Below, piece after piece: positions 38,901 through 53,900 of a DNA stretch of 64,000 nucleotides. Origin of the DNA: Eledone cirrhosa (lineage: Eukaryota); the NCBI GenBank assembly GCA_964016885.1, contig OZ024759.1, forward strand, positions 7,502,001 to 7,566,000, written 5' to 3'. Below the pieces are notes generated by a model. The model had not been told where the DNA came from. It ran no database searches and saw nothing but the letters and a program-made list of their open reading frames with translations. Position 1 is the first letter of the stretch; each line of letters begins with the position of its first letter. A program made the position numbers and the translations under genes.

Positions 38901-41900
38901 CAGTCTGTATATACAGTGTACTCCTGGTGTGGTCAGTCTGTATATACAGTGTACTCCTGGTGTGGTCAGCCTGTATATACAGTGTGGTCAGTCTGTATAT
39001 ACAGTGTACTCCCAGTGTGGTCAGCCTGTATATACAGTGTACTCCCGGTGTGGTCAGTCTGTATATACAGTGTACTCCCGGTGTGGTCAGCCTGTATATA
39101 CAGTGTACTCCCGGTGTGGTCAGTCTGTATATACAGTGTGGTCAGTCTGTATATACAGTGTACTCCCAGTGTGGTCAGCCTGTATATACAGTGTACTCCC
39201 GGTGTGGTCAGTCTGTATATACAGTGTACTCCTGGTGTGGTCAGCCTGTATATACAGTGTGGTCAGTCTGTATATACAGTGTACTCCCAGTGTGGTCAGC
39301 CTGTATATACAGTGTACTCCCGGTGTGGTCAGCCTGTATATACAGTGTACTCCCGGTGTGGTCAGTCTGTATATACAGTGTGGTCAGTCTGTATATACAG
39401 TGTACTCCCAGTGTGGTCAGTCTGTATATACAGTGTACTCCCGGTGTGGTCAGTCTGTATATACAGTGTACTCCTGGTGTGGTCAGCCTGTATATACAGT
39501 GTGGTCAGTCTGTATATACAGTGTACTCCCAGTGTGGTCAGCCTGTATATACAGTGTACTCCCGGTGTGGTCAGCCTGTATATACAGTGTACTCCTGGTG
39601 TGGTCAGTCTGTATATACAGTGTGGTCAGTCTGTATATACAGTGTACTCCCGGTGTGGTCAGCCTGTATATACAGTGTACTCCCGGTGTGGTCAGTCTGT
39701 ATATACAGTGTGGTCAGTCTGTATATACAGTGTACTCCCAGTGTGGTCAGTCTGTATATACAGTGTACTACTGGTGTGGTCAGCCTGTATATACAGTGTA
39801 CTCCCGGTGTGGTCAGTCTGTATATACACTGTACTCCCGGTGTGGTCAGCCTGTATATACAGTGTACTCCCGGTGTGGTCAGTCTGTATATACAGTGTGG
39901 TCAGTCTGTATATACAGTGTACTCCCAGTGTGGTCAGCCTGTATATACAGTGTACTCCCGGTGTGGTCAGTCTGTATATACAGTGTACTCCTGGTGTGGT
40001 CAGCCTGTATATACAGTGTGGTCAGTCTGTATATACAGTGTACTCCCAGTGTGGTCAGCCTGTATATACAGTGTACTCCCGGTGTGGTCAGCCTGTATAT
40101 ACAGTGTACTCCCGGTGTGGTCAGTCTGTATATACAGTGTGGTCAGTCTGTATATACAGTGTACTCCCAGTGTGGTCAGTCTGTATATACAGTGTACTCC
40201 CGGTGTGGTCAGTCTGTATATACAGTGTACTCCTGGTGTGGTCAGCCTGTATATACAGTGTGGTCAGTCTGTATATACAGTGTACTCCCAGTGTGGTCAG
40301 CCTGTATATACAGTGTACTCCCGGTGTGGTCAGTCTGTATATACAGTGTACTCCCGGTGTGGTCAGCCTGTATATACAGTGTACTCCCGGTGTGGTCAGT
40401 CTGTATATACAGTGTACTCCTGGTGTGGTCAGTCTGTATATACAGTGTACTCCCGGTGTGGTCAGCCTGTATATACAGTGTACTCCCGGTGTGGTCAGTC
40501 TGTATATACAGTGTACTCCCGGTGTGGTCAGCCTGTATATACAGTGTACTCCCGGTGTGGTCAGTCTGTATATACAGTGTACTCCTGGTGTGGTCAGTCT
40601 GTATATACAGTGTACTCCTGGTGTGGTCAGTCTGTATATACAGTGTACTCCCGGTGTGGTCAGCCTGTATATACAGTGTACTCCCGGTGTGGTCAGTCTG
40701 TATATACAGTGTACTCCTGGTGTGGTCAGTCTGTATATACAGTGTACTCCCGGTGTGGTCAGTCTGTATATACAGTGTACTCCCGGTGTGGTCAGCCTGT
40801 ATATACAGTGTACTCCTGGTGTGGTCAGTCTGTATATACAGTGTACTCCTGGTGTGGTCAGCCTGTATATAAAGTGTACTCCCGGTGTGGTCAGCCTGTA
40901 TATACAGTGTACTCCCGGTGTGGTCAGTCTGTATATACAGTGTACTCCCGGTGTGGTCAGCCTGTATATACAGTGTACTCCCGGTGTGGTCAGTCTGTAT
41001 ATACAGTGTACTCCTGGTGTGGTCAGTCTGTATATACAGTGTACTCCCGGTGTGGTCAGCCTGTATATACAGTGTACTCCCGGTGTGGTCAGCCTGTATA
41101 TACAGTGTACTCCCGGTGTGGTCAGTCTGTATATACAGTGTACTCCCGGTGTGGTCAGCCTGTATATACAGTGTACTCCCGGTGTGGTCAGTCTGTATAT
41201 ACAGTGTACTCCCGGTGTGGTCAGCCTGTATATACAGTGTACTCCCGGTGTGGTCAGCCTGTATATACAGTGTACTCCTGGTGTGGTCAGTCTGTATATA
41301 CAGTGTACTCCTGGTGTGGTCAGCCTGTATATACAGTGTACTCCCGGTGTGGTCAGCCTGTATATACAGTGTACTCCCGGTGTGGTCAGTCTGTATATAC
41401 AGTGTACTCCCGGTGTGGTCAGTCTATATATACAGTGTACTCCTGGTGTGGTCAGCCTGTATATACAGTGTACTCCTGGTGTGGTCAGCCTGTATATACA
41501 GTGTACTCCCGGTGTGGTGAGCCTGTATATACAGTCTACTCCTGGTGTTGTCAGTCTGTATATACAGTGTACTCCTGGTGTGGTCAGTCTGTATATACAG
41601 TGTACTCCTGGTGTGGTCAGCCTGTATATACAGTGTACTCCCGGTGTGGTCAGCCTGTATATACACTGTACTCCCGGTGTGGTCAGTCTGTATATACAGT
41701 GTACTCCCGGTGTGGTCAGTCTATATATACAGTGTACTCCCGGTGTGGTCAGCCTGTATATACAGTGTACTCCCGGTGTGGTCAGCCTGTATATACAGTG
41801 TACTCCCAGTGTGGTCAGTCTGTATATACAGTGTACTCCCGGTGTGGTCAGCCTGTATATACAGTGTACTCCCAGTGTGGTCAGTCTGTATATACAGTGT

Positions 41901-44900
41901 ACTCCCGGTGTGGTCAGCCTGTATATACAGTGTACTCCCGGTGTGGTCAGCCTGTATATACAGTGTACTCCCGGTGTGGTCAGCCTGTATATACAGTGTA
42001 CTCCTGGTGTGGTCAGTCTGTATATACAGGGTACACCCGGTGTGGTCAGCCTGTATATACACTGTACTCCCGGTGTGGTCAGCCTGCATATACAGTGTAC
42101 TCCCGGTGTGGTCAGTCTGTATATACAGTGTACTCCCAGTGTGGTCAGCCTGTATATACAGTGTACTCCCGGTGTGGTCAGCCTGTATATACAGTGTACT
42201 CCTGGTATGGTCAGCCTGTATATACAGTGTACTCCCGGTGTGGTCAGCCTGTATATACAGTGTACTCCCGGTGTGGTCAGCCTGTATATACAGTGTACTC
42301 CTGGTGTGGTCAGTCTGTATATACAGTGTACTCCCAGTGTGGTCAGCCTGTATATACAGTGTACTCCCGGTGTGGTCAGCCTGTATATACAGTGTACTCC
42401 TGGTGTGGTCAGCCTGTATATACAGTGTACTCCCAGTGTGGTCAGCCTGTATATACAGTGTACTCCCAGTGTGGTCAGCCTGTATATACAGTGTACTCCC
42501 AGTGTGGTCAGTCTGTATATACAGTGTACTCCCAGTGTGGTCAGCCTGTATATACAGTGTACTCCCGGTGTGGTCAGCCTGTATATACAGTGTACTCCTG
42601 GTGTGGTCAGTCTGTATATACAGTGTACTCCCGGTGTGGTCAGCCTGTATATACAGTGTACTCCTGGTGTGGTCAGCCTGTATATACAGTGTACTCCCGG
42701 TGTGGTCAGCCTGTATATACAGTGTACTCCTGGTGTGGTCAGTCTATATATACAGTGTACTCCCGGTGTGGTCAGCCTGTATATACAGTGTACTCCTGGT
42801 GTGGTCAGCCTGTATATACAGTGTACTCCCAGTGTGGTCAGCCTGTATATACAGTGTACTCCTGGTGTGGTCAGCCTGTATATACAGTGTACTCCTGGTG
42901 TGGTCAGCCTGTATATACAGTGTACTCCTGGTGTGGTCAGCCTGTATATACAGTGTACTCCCGGTGTGGTCAGCCTGTATATACAGTGTACTCCTGGTGT
43001 GGTCAGCCTGTATATACAGTGTACTCCCGGTGTGGTCAGCCTGTATATACAGTGTACTCCTGGTGTGGTCAGCCTGTATATACAGTGTACTCCTGGTGTG
43101 GTCAGCCTGTATATACAGTGTACTCCCGGTGTGGTCAGCCTGTATATACAGTGTACTCCTGGTGTGGTCAGCCTGTATATACAGTGTACTCCCGGTGTGG
43201 TCAGTCTGTATATACAGTGTACTCCTGGTGTGGTCAGTCTGTATATACAGTGTACTCCTGGTGTGGTCAGCCTGTATATACAGTGTACTCCCGGTGTGGT
43301 CAGTCTATATATACAGTGTACTCCCAGTGTTGTCAGCCTGTGTATACAGTGTACTCCCGGTGTGGTCAGCCTGTATATACAGTGTACTCCTGGTGTGGTC
43401 AGCCTGTATATACAGTGTACTCCCGGTGTGGTCAGCCTGTATATACAGTGTACTCCTGGTGTGGTCAGCCTGTATATACAGTGTACTCCTGGTGTGGTCA
43501 GCCTGTATATACAGTGTACTCCCGGTGTGGTCAGCCTGTATATACAGTGTACTCCCGGTGTGGTCAGTCTATATATACAGTGTACTCCCAGTGTGGTCAG
43601 CCTGTATATACAGTGTACTCCTGGTGTGGTCAGCCTGTATATACAGTGTACTCCCAGTGTGGTCAGCCTGTATATACAGTGTACTCCCAGTGTGGTCAGC
43701 CTGTATATACAGTGTACTCCCGGTGTGGTCAGCCTGTATATACAGTGTACTCCCGGTGTGGTCAGCCTGTATATACAGTGTACTCCCGGTGTGGTCAGCC
43801 TGTATATACAGTGTACTCCTGGTGTGGTAAGTCTGTATATACAGTGTACTCCCGGTGTGGTCAGCCTGTATATACAGTGTACTCCTGGTGTGGTCAGACT
43901 GTATATACAGTGTACTCCCGGTGTGGTCAGTCTGTATATACAGGGTACTCCTGGTGTGGTCAGCCTGTATATACAGTGTACTCCCGGTGTGGTCAGCCTG
44001 TATATACAGTGTACTCCTGGTGTGGTCAGTCTGTATATACAGTGTACTCCCAGTGTGGTCAGTCTGTATATACAGTGTACTCCCAGTGTGGTCAGCCTGT
44101 ATATACAGTGTACTCCTGGTGTGGTCAGCCTGTATATACAGTGTACTCCTGGTGTGGTCAGCCTGTATATACAGTGTACTCCCGGTGTGGTCAGCCTGTA
44201 TATACAGTGTACTCCTGGTGTGGTCAGTCTGTATATACAGTGTACTCCCAGTGTGGTCAGTCTGTATATACAGTGTACTCCCAGTGTGGTCAGCCTGTAT
44301 ATACACTGTACTCCTGGTGTGGTCAGCCTGTATATACAGTGTACTCCTGGTGTGGTCAGTCTGTATATACAGTGTACTCCCAGTGTGGTCAGCCTGTATA
44401 TACAGTGTACTCCCAGTGTGGTCAGCCTGTATATACAGTGTACTCCTGGTGTGGTCAGCCTGTATATACAGTGTACTCCTGGTGTGGTCAGTCTGTATAT
44501 ACAGTGTACTCCCAGTGTGGTCAGCCTGTATATACAGTGTACTCCCGGTGTGGTCAGCCTGTATATACAGTGTACTCCTGGTGTGGTCAGCCTGTATATA
44601 CAGTGTACTCCCGGTGTGGTCAGTCTGTATATACAGTGTACTCCCAGTGTGGTCAGCCTGTATATACAGTGTACTCCCAGTGTGGTCAGCCTGTATATAC
44701 AGTGTACTCCCGGTGTGGTCAGCCTGTATATACAGTGTACTCCTGGTGTGGTCAGCCTGTATATACAGTGTACTCCCAGTGTGGTCAGCCTGTATATACA
44801 GTGTACTCCTGGTGTGGTCAGCCTGTATATACAGTGTACTCCTGGTATGGTCAGCCTGTATATACAGTGTACTCCTGGTGTGGTCAGCCTGTATATACAG

Positions 44901-47900
44901 TGTACACCTGGTGTGGTCAGCCTGTATATACAGTGTACTCCTGGTGTGGTCAGCCTGTATATATAGTGTACTCCCGGTGTGGTCAGTCTGTATATACAGT
45001 GTACTCCTGGTGTGGTCAGCCTGTATATATAGTGTACTCCCGGTGTGGTCAGTCTGTATATACAGTGTACACCTGGTGTGGTCAGTCTGTATATATAGTG
45101 TACTCCCGGTGTGGTCAGCCTGTATATACAGTGTACTCCTGGTGTGGTCAGTCTGTATATACAGTGTACTCCTGGTGTGGTCAGCCTGTATATATAGTGT
45201 ACTCCCGGTGTGGTCAGTCTGTATATACAGTGTACTCCTGGTGTGGTCAGCCTGTATATACAGTGTACACCAGGTGTGGTCAGCCTGTATATACAGTGTA
45301 CTCCCGGTGGGGTCAGCCTGTATATACAGTGTACACCAGGTGTGGTCAGCCTGTATATACAGTGTGGTCAGCCTGTATATACAGTGTACTCCTGGTGTGG
45401 TCAGCCTGTATATATAGTGTACTCCCGGTGTGGTCAGTCTGTATATACAGTGTACTCCTGGTGTGGTCAGCCTGTATATACAGTGTACACCAGGTGTGGT
45501 CAGCCTGTATATACAGTGTACTCCCGGTGGGGTCAGCCTGTATATACAGTGTACACCAGGTGTGGTCAGCCTGTATATACAGTGTACTCCTGGTGTGGTC
45601 AGCCTGTATATACAGTGTACTCCCGGTGTGGTCAGTCTGTATATACAGTGTATTCCTGGTGTGGTCAGCCTGTATATACAGTGTACTCCTGGTGTGGTCA
45701 GCCTGTATATACAGTGTACTCCTGGTGTGGTCAGCCTGTATATACAGTGTACTCCTGGTGTGGTCAGCCTGTATATACAGTGTACACCAGGTGTGGTCAG
45801 CCTGTATATACAGTGTACTCCCGGTGTGGTCAGCCTGTATATACAGTGTACACCAGGTGTGGTCAGCCTGTATATACAGTGTACTACTGGTGTGGTCAGC
45901 CTGTATATACAGTGTACTCCCGGTGTGGTCAGTCTGTATATACAGTGTATTCCTGGTGTGGTCAGCCTGTATATACAGTGTACTCCCAGTGTGGTCAGCC
46001 TGTATATACAGTGTACTCCCGGTGTGGTCAGCCTGTATATACAGTGTACTCCCGGTGTGGTCAGCCTGTATATACAGTGTACTCCCGGTGTGGTCAGCCT
46101 GTATATACAGTGTACTCCCGGTGTGGTCAGCCTGTATATACAGTGTACTCCCGGTGTGGTCAGTCTGTATATACAGTGTACTCCCGGTGTGGTCAGCCTG
46201 TATATACAGTGTACTCCCGGTGTGGTCAGCCTGTATATACAGTGTACTCCCGGTGTGGTCAGCCTGTATATACAGTGTACTCCTGGTGTGGTCAGCCTGT
46301 ATATACAGTGTACTCCCGGTGTGGTCAGCCTGTATATACAGTGTACTCCCGGTGTGGTCAGCCTGTATATACAGTGTACTCCCGGTGTGGTCAGCCTGTA
46401 TATACAGTGTACTCCCGGTGTGGTCAGCCTGTATATACAGTGTACTCCCGGTGTGGTCAGCCTGTATATACAGTGTACTCCTGGTGTGGTCAGCCTGTAT
46501 ATACAGTGTACTCCCGGTGTGGTCAGCCTGTATATACTGTACTCCCGGTGTGGTCAGTCTGTATATACAGTGTATTCCTGGTGTGGTCAGCCTGTATATA
46601 CAGTGTACTCCCAGTGTGGTCAGCCTGTATATACAGTGTACTCCCGGTGTGGTCAGCCTGTATATACAGTGTACTCCCGGTGTGGTCAGCCTGTATATAC
46701 AGTGTACTCCCGGTGTGGTCAGCCTGTATATACAGTGTACTCCCGGTGTGGTCAGCCTGTATATACAGTGTACTCCTGGTGTGGTCAGCCTGTATATACA
46801 GTGTACTCCCGGTGTGGTCAGCCTGTATATACAGTGTACTCCTGGTGTGGTCAGTCTGTATATACAGTGTACTCCCGGTGTGGTCAGCCTGTATATACAG
46901 TGTACTCCCGGTGTGGTCAGCCTGTATATACAGTGTACTCCCGGTGTGGTCAGTCTATATATACAGTGTACTCCTGGTGTGGTCAGTCTGTATATACAGT
47001 GTACTCCCGGTGTGGTCAGTCTGTGTATACAGTGTACTCCTGGTGTTGTCAGCCTGTATATACAGTGTACTCCTGGTGTGGTCAGCCTGTATATACAGTG
47101 TACTCCTGGTGTGGTCAGTCTGTATATACAGTGTGGTCAGCCTGTATATACAGTGTACTCCTGGTGTGGTCAGCCTGTATATACAGTGTACTCCCGGTGT
47201 GGTCAGCCTGTATATACAGTGTACTCCCGGTGTGGTCAGTCTGTATATACAGTGTACTCCTGGTGTGGTCAGCCTGTATATACAGTGTACTCCCGGTGTG
47301 GTCAGCCTGTATATACAGTGTACTCCTGGTGTGGTCAGTCTGTATATACAGTATACTCCTGGTGTGGTAAGTCTGTATATACAGTGTACTCCTGGTGTGG
47401 TCAGCCTGTATATACAGTGTACTCCCGGTGTGGTCAGCCTGTATATACAGTGTACTCCTGGTGTGGTAAGTCTGTATATACAGTGTACTCCCGGTGTGGT
47501 CAGCCTGTATATACAGTGTACTCCCGGTGTGGTCAGCCTGTATATACAGTGTACTCCTGGTGTGGTCAGCCTGTATATACAGTGTACTCCTGGTGTGGTC
47601 AGTCTGTATATACAGTATACTCCTGGTGTGGTAAGTCTGTATATACAGTGTACTCCTGGTGTGGTCAGTCTATATATACAGTGTACTCCCGGTGTGGTCA
47701 GCCTGTATATACAGTGTACTCCTGGTGTGGTCAGCCTGTATATACAGTGTACTCCTGGTGTGGTCAGCCTGTATATACAGTGTACTCCCGGTGTGGTCAG
47801 CCTGTATATACAGTGTACTCCCGGTGTGGTCAGCCTGTATATACAGTGTACTCCCGGTGTGGTCAGCCTGTATATACAGTATACTCCTGGTGTGGTAAGT

Positions 47901-50900
47901 CTGTATATACAGTGTACTCCCGGTGTGGTCAGCCTGTATATACAGTGTACTCCCAGTGTGGTCAGCCTGTATATACAGTGTACTCCCGGTGTGGTCAGCC
48001 TGTATATACAGTGTACTCCCGGTGTGGTCAGCCTGTATATACAGTGTACTCCCGGTGTGGTCAGCCTGTATATACAGTGTACTCCCGGTGTGGTCAGCCT
48101 GTATATACAGTGTACTCCTGGTGTGGTCAGCCTGTATATACAGTGTACTCCCGGTGTGGTCAGCCTGTATATACAGTGTACTCCCGGTGTGGTCAGCCTG
48201 TATATACAGTGTACTCCCGGTGTGGTCAGCCTGTATATACAGTGTACTCCCGGTGTGGTCAGCCTGTATATACAGTGTACTCCTGGTGTGGTCAGCCTGT
48301 ATATACAGTGTACTCCTGGTGTGGTCAGTCTGTATATACAGTGTACTCCTGGTGTGGTCAGCCTGTATATACAGTGTACTCCCAGTGTGGTCAGCCTGTA
48401 TATACAGTGTACTCCCGGTGTGGTCAGCCTGTATATACAGTGTACTCCCGGTGTGGTCAGCCTGTATATACAGTGTACTCCCGGTGTGGTCAGCCTGTAT
48501 ATACAGTGTACTCCCGGTGTGGTCAGCCTGTATATACAGTGTACTCCCGGTGTGGTCAGCCTGTATATACAGTGTACTCCCGGTGTGGTCAGCCTGTATA
48601 TACAGTGTACTCCCGGTGTGGTCAGCCTGTATATACAGTATACTCCCGGTGTGGTCAGCCTGTATATACAGTGTACTCCCGGTGTGGTCAGTCTGTATAT
48701 ACAGTGTACTCCCGGTGTGGTCAGCCTGTATATACAGTGTACTCCCGGTGTGGTCAGCCTGTATATACAGTGTACTCCCGGTGTGGTCAGCCTGTATATA
48801 CAGTGTACTCCCGGTGTGGTCAGCCTGTATATACAGTGTACTCCCGGTGTGGTCAGCCTGCATATACAGTGTACTCCTGGTGTGGTCAGCCTGTATATAC
48901 AGTGTACTCCTGGTGTGGTCAGCCTGTATATACAGTGTACTCCCGGTGTGGTCAGCCTGTATATACAGTGTACTCCCGGTGTGGTCAGCCTGTATATACA
49001 GTGTGGTCAGCCTGTATATACAGTGTACTCCCGGTGTGGTCAGCCTGTATATACAGTATACTCCTGGTGTGGTCAGCCTGTATATACAGTATACTCCCGG
49101 TGTGGTCAGCCTGTATATACAGTGTACTCCTGGTGTGGTCAGCCTGTATATACAGTGTACTCCTGGTGTGGTCAGCCTGTATATACAGTGTACTCCCGGT
49201 GTGGTCAGCCTGTATATACAGTGTACTCCTGGTGTGGTCAGCCTGTATATACAGTGTACTCCTGGTGTGGTCAGTCTGTATATACAGTGTACTCCCGGTG
49301 TGGTCAGCCTGTATATACAGTGTACTCCCGGTGTGGTCAGCCTGTATATACAGTGTACTCCCGGTGTGGTCAGCCTGTATATACAGTGTACTCCCGGTGT
49401 GGTCAGCCTGTATATACAGTGTACTCCCGGTGTGGTCAGCCTGTATATACAGTGTACTCCTGGTGTGGTCAGCCTGTATATACAGTGTACTCCCGGTGTG
49501 GTCAGCCTGTATATACAGTGTACTCCCGGTGTGGTCAGCCTGAATATACAGTGTACTCCTGGTGTGGTCAGCCTGTATATACAGTGTACTCCTGGTGTGG
49601 TCAGTCTGTATATACAGTGTACTCCCGGTGTGGTCAGCCTGTATATACAGTGTACTCCTGGTGTGGTCAGCCTGTATATACAGTGTACTCCCGGTGTGGT
49701 CAGCCTGTATATACAGTGTACTCCCGGTGTGGTCAGCCTGTATATACAGTGTACTCCTGGTGTGGTCAGCCTGTATATACAGTGTGGTCAGCCTGTATAT
49801 ACAGTGTACTCCTGGTGTTGTCAGCCTGTATATACAGTGTACTCCTGGTGTGGTCAGTCTGTATATACAGTGTACTCCTGGTGTGGTCAGCCTGTATATA
49901 CAGTGTACTCCCGGTGTGGTCAGCCTGTATATACAGTGTACTCCCGGTGTGGTCAGTCTGTATATACAGTGTACTCCCGGTGTGGTCAGCCTGTATATAC
50001 AGTGTACTCCTGGTGTGGTCAGCCTGTATATACAGTATACTCCCGGTGTGGTCAGTCTGTATATACAGTGTACTCCCGGTGTGGTCAGCCTGTATATACA
50101 GTATACTCCCGGTGTGGTCAGTCTGTATATACAGTGTACTCCCGGTGTGGTCAGCCTGTATATACAGTATACTCCCGGTGTGGTCAGTCTGTATATACAG
50201 TGTACTCCTGGTGTGGTCAGCCTGTATATACAGTGTACTCCCGGTGTGGTCAGCCTGTATATACAGTGTACTCCTGGTGTGGTCAGCCTGTATATACAGT
50301 ATACTCCCGGTGTGGTCAGTCTGTATATACAGTGTACTCCCGGTGTGGTCAGCCTGTATATACAGTATACTCCCGGTGTGGTCAGTCTGTATATACAGTG
50401 TACTCCCGGTGTGGTCAGCCTGTATATACAGTGTACTCCCGGTGTGGTCAGCCTGTATATACAGTGTACTCCTGGTGTGGTCAGCCTGTATATACAGTGT
50501 ACTCCTGGTGTGGTCAGTCTGTATATACAGTGTACTCCCGGTGTGGTCAGCCTGTATATACAGTATACTCCCGGTGTGGTCAGCCTGTATATACAGTGTA
50601 CTCCTGGTGTGGTCAGCCTGTATATACAGTGTACTCCTGGTGTGGTCAGCCTGTATATACAGTGTACTCCCGGTGTGGTCAGTCTGTATATACAGTGTAC
50701 TCCTGGTGTGGTCAGCCTGTATATACAGTGTACTCCCGGTGTGGTCAGCCTGTATATACAGTGTACTCCTGGTGTGGTCAGCCTGTATATACAGTATACT
50801 CCCGGTGTGGTCAGTCTGTATATACAGTGTACTCCCGGTGTGGTCAGCCTGTATATACAGTATACTCCCGGTGTGGTCAGTCTGTATATACAGTGTACTC

Positions 50901-53900
50901 CCGGTGTGGTCAGCCTGTATATACAGTGTACTCCCGGTGTGGTCAGCCTGTATATACAGTGTACTCCCGGTGTGGTCAGCCTGTATATACAGTGTGGTCA
51001 GCCTGTATATACAGTGTACTCCTGGTGTGGTCAGCCTGTATATACAGTGTACTCCCGGTGTTGTCAGTCTGTATATACAGTGTACTCCCGGTGTGGTCAG
51101 CCTGTATATACAGTGTACTCCTGGTGTGGTCAGCCTGTATATACAGTGTGGTCAGCCTGTATATACAGTGTACTCCTGGTGTGGTCAGCCTGTATATACA
51201 GTGTACTCCTGGTGTGGTCAGCCTGTATATACAGTGTACTCCTGGTGTGGTCAGCCTGTATATACAGTGTACTCCCGGTGTGGTCTGTCTGTATATACAG
51301 TGTACTCCCAGTGTGGTCAGTCTGTATATACAGTGTACTCCCGGTGTGGTCTGTCTGTATATACAGTGTACTCCCAGTGTGGTCAGCCTGTATATACAGT
51401 GTACTCCCGGTGTGGTCAGTCTGTATATACAGTGTACTCCCGGTGTGGTCTGTCTGTATATACAGTGTACTCCCGGTGTGGTCAGTCTGTATATACAGTG
51501 TACTCCCGGTGTGGTCAGTCTGTATATACAGTGTACTCCTGGTGTGGTCAGCCTGTATATACAGTGTACTCCCGGTGTGGTCAGTCTGTATATACAGTGT
51601 ACTCCTGGTGTGGTCAGCCTGTATATACAGTGTACTCCTGGTGTGGTCAGTCTGTATATACAGTGTACTCCTGGTGTGGTCAGCCTGTATATACAGTGTA
51701 CTCCTGGTGTGGTCAGTCTGTATATACAGTGTACTCCCGGTGTGGTCAGCCTGTATATACAGTGTACTCCTGGTGTGGTCAGTCTGTATATACAGTGTGG
51801 TCAGCCTGTATATACAGTGTACTCCCAGTGTGGTCAGCCTGTATATACAGTGTACTCCTGGTGTGGTCAGCCTGTATATACAGTGTACTCCTGGTGTGGT
51901 CAGTCTGTATATACAGTGTACTCCTGGTGTGGTCAGCCTGTATATACAGTGTACTCCTGGTGTGGTCAGTCTGTATATACAGTGTACTCCTGGTGTGGTC
52001 AGTCTGTATATACAGTGTACTCCTGGTGTGGTCAGTCTGTATATACAGTGTACTCCTGGTGTGGTCAGCCTGTATATACAGTGTACTCCTGGTGTGGTCA
52101 GTCTGTATATACAGTGTACTCCTGGTGTGGTCAGTCTGTATATACAGTGTACTCCCGGTGTGGTCAGCCTGTATATACAGTGTACTCCTGGTGTGGTCAG
52201 CCTGTATATACAGTGTACTCCTGGTGTGGTCAGTCTGTATATACAGTGTGGTCAGCCTGTATATACAGTGTACTCCCAGTGTGGTCAGCCTGTATATACA
52301 GTGTACTCCCAGTGTGGTCAGCCTGTATATACAGTGTACTCCTGGTGTGGTCAGCCTGTATATACAGTGTACTCCTGGTGTGGTCAGCCTGTATATACAG
52401 TGTACTCCTGGTGTGGTCAGTCTGTATATACAGTGTGGTCAGCCTGTATATACAGTGTACTCCCAGTGTGGTCAGCCTGTATATACAGTGTACTCCTGGT
52501 GTGGTCAGTCTGTATATACAGTGTACTCCTGGTGTGGTCAGCCTGTATATACAGTGTACTCCTGGTGTGGTCAGCCTGTATATACAGTGTACTCCCAGTG
52601 TGGTCAGCCTGTATATACAGTGTACTCCTGGTGTGGTCAGCCTGTATATACAGTGTACTCCTGGTGTGGTCAGTCTGTATATACAGTGTACTCCTGGTGT
52701 GGTCAGCCTGTATATACAGTGTACTCCTGGTGTGGTCAGTCTGTATATACAGTGTGGTCAGCCTGTATATACAGTGTACTCCTGGTGTGGTCAGCCTGTA
52801 TATACAGTGTACTCCTGGTGTGGTCAGTCTGTATATACAGTGTGGTCAGCCTGTATATACAGTGTACTCCTGGTGTGGTCAGTCTGTATATACAGTGTAC
52901 TCCTGGTGTGGTCAGCCTGTATATACAGTGTACTCCTGGTGTGGTCAGTCTGTATATACAGTGTGGTCAGCCTGTATATACAGTGTACTCCTGGTGTGGT
53001 CAGTCTGTATATACAGTGTACTCCTGGTGTGGTCAGTCTGTATATACAGTGTACTCCTGGTGTGGTCAGTCTGTATATACAGTGTGGTCAGCCTGTATAT
53101 ACAGTGTACTCCTGGTGTGGTCAGTCTGTATATACAGTGTACTCCTGGTGTGGTCAGTCTGTATATACAGTGTACTCCTGGTGTGGTCAGTCTGTATATA
53201 CAGTGTACTCCCGGTGTGGTCAGTCTGTATATACAGTGTGGTCAGCCTGTATATACAGTGTACTCCTGGTGTGGTCAGTCTGTATATACAGTGTACTCCT
53301 GGTGTGGTCAGTCTGTATATACAGTGTACTCCCGGTGTGGTCAGTCTGTATATACAGTGTGGTCAGTCTGTATATACAGTGTACTCCTGGTGTGGTCAGC
53401 CTGTATATACAGTGTACTCCTGGTGTGGTCAGCCTGTATATACAGTGTACTCCTGGTGTGGTCAGCCTGTATATACAGTGTACTCCTGGTGTGGTCAGCC
53501 TGTATATACAGTGTACTCCTGGTGTGGTCAGCCTGTATATACAGTGTACTCCTGGTGTGGTCAGCCTGTATATACAGTGTACTCCTGGTGTGGTCAGCCT
53601 GTATATACAGTGTACTCCCAGTGTGGTCAGCCTGTATATACAGTGTACTCCTGGTGTGGTCAGCCTGTATATACAGTGTACTCCCAGTGTGGTCAGTCTG
53701 TATATACAGTGTACTCCCGGTGTGGTCAGTCTGTATATACAGTGTACTCCTGGTGTGGTCAGCCTGTATATACAGTGTACTCCCAGTGTTGTCAGCCTGT
53801 ATATACAGTGTACTCCTGGTGTGGTCAGCCTGTATATACAGTGTACTCCCAGTGTGGTCAGCCTGTATATACAGTGTACTCCCAGTGTGGTCAGCCTGTA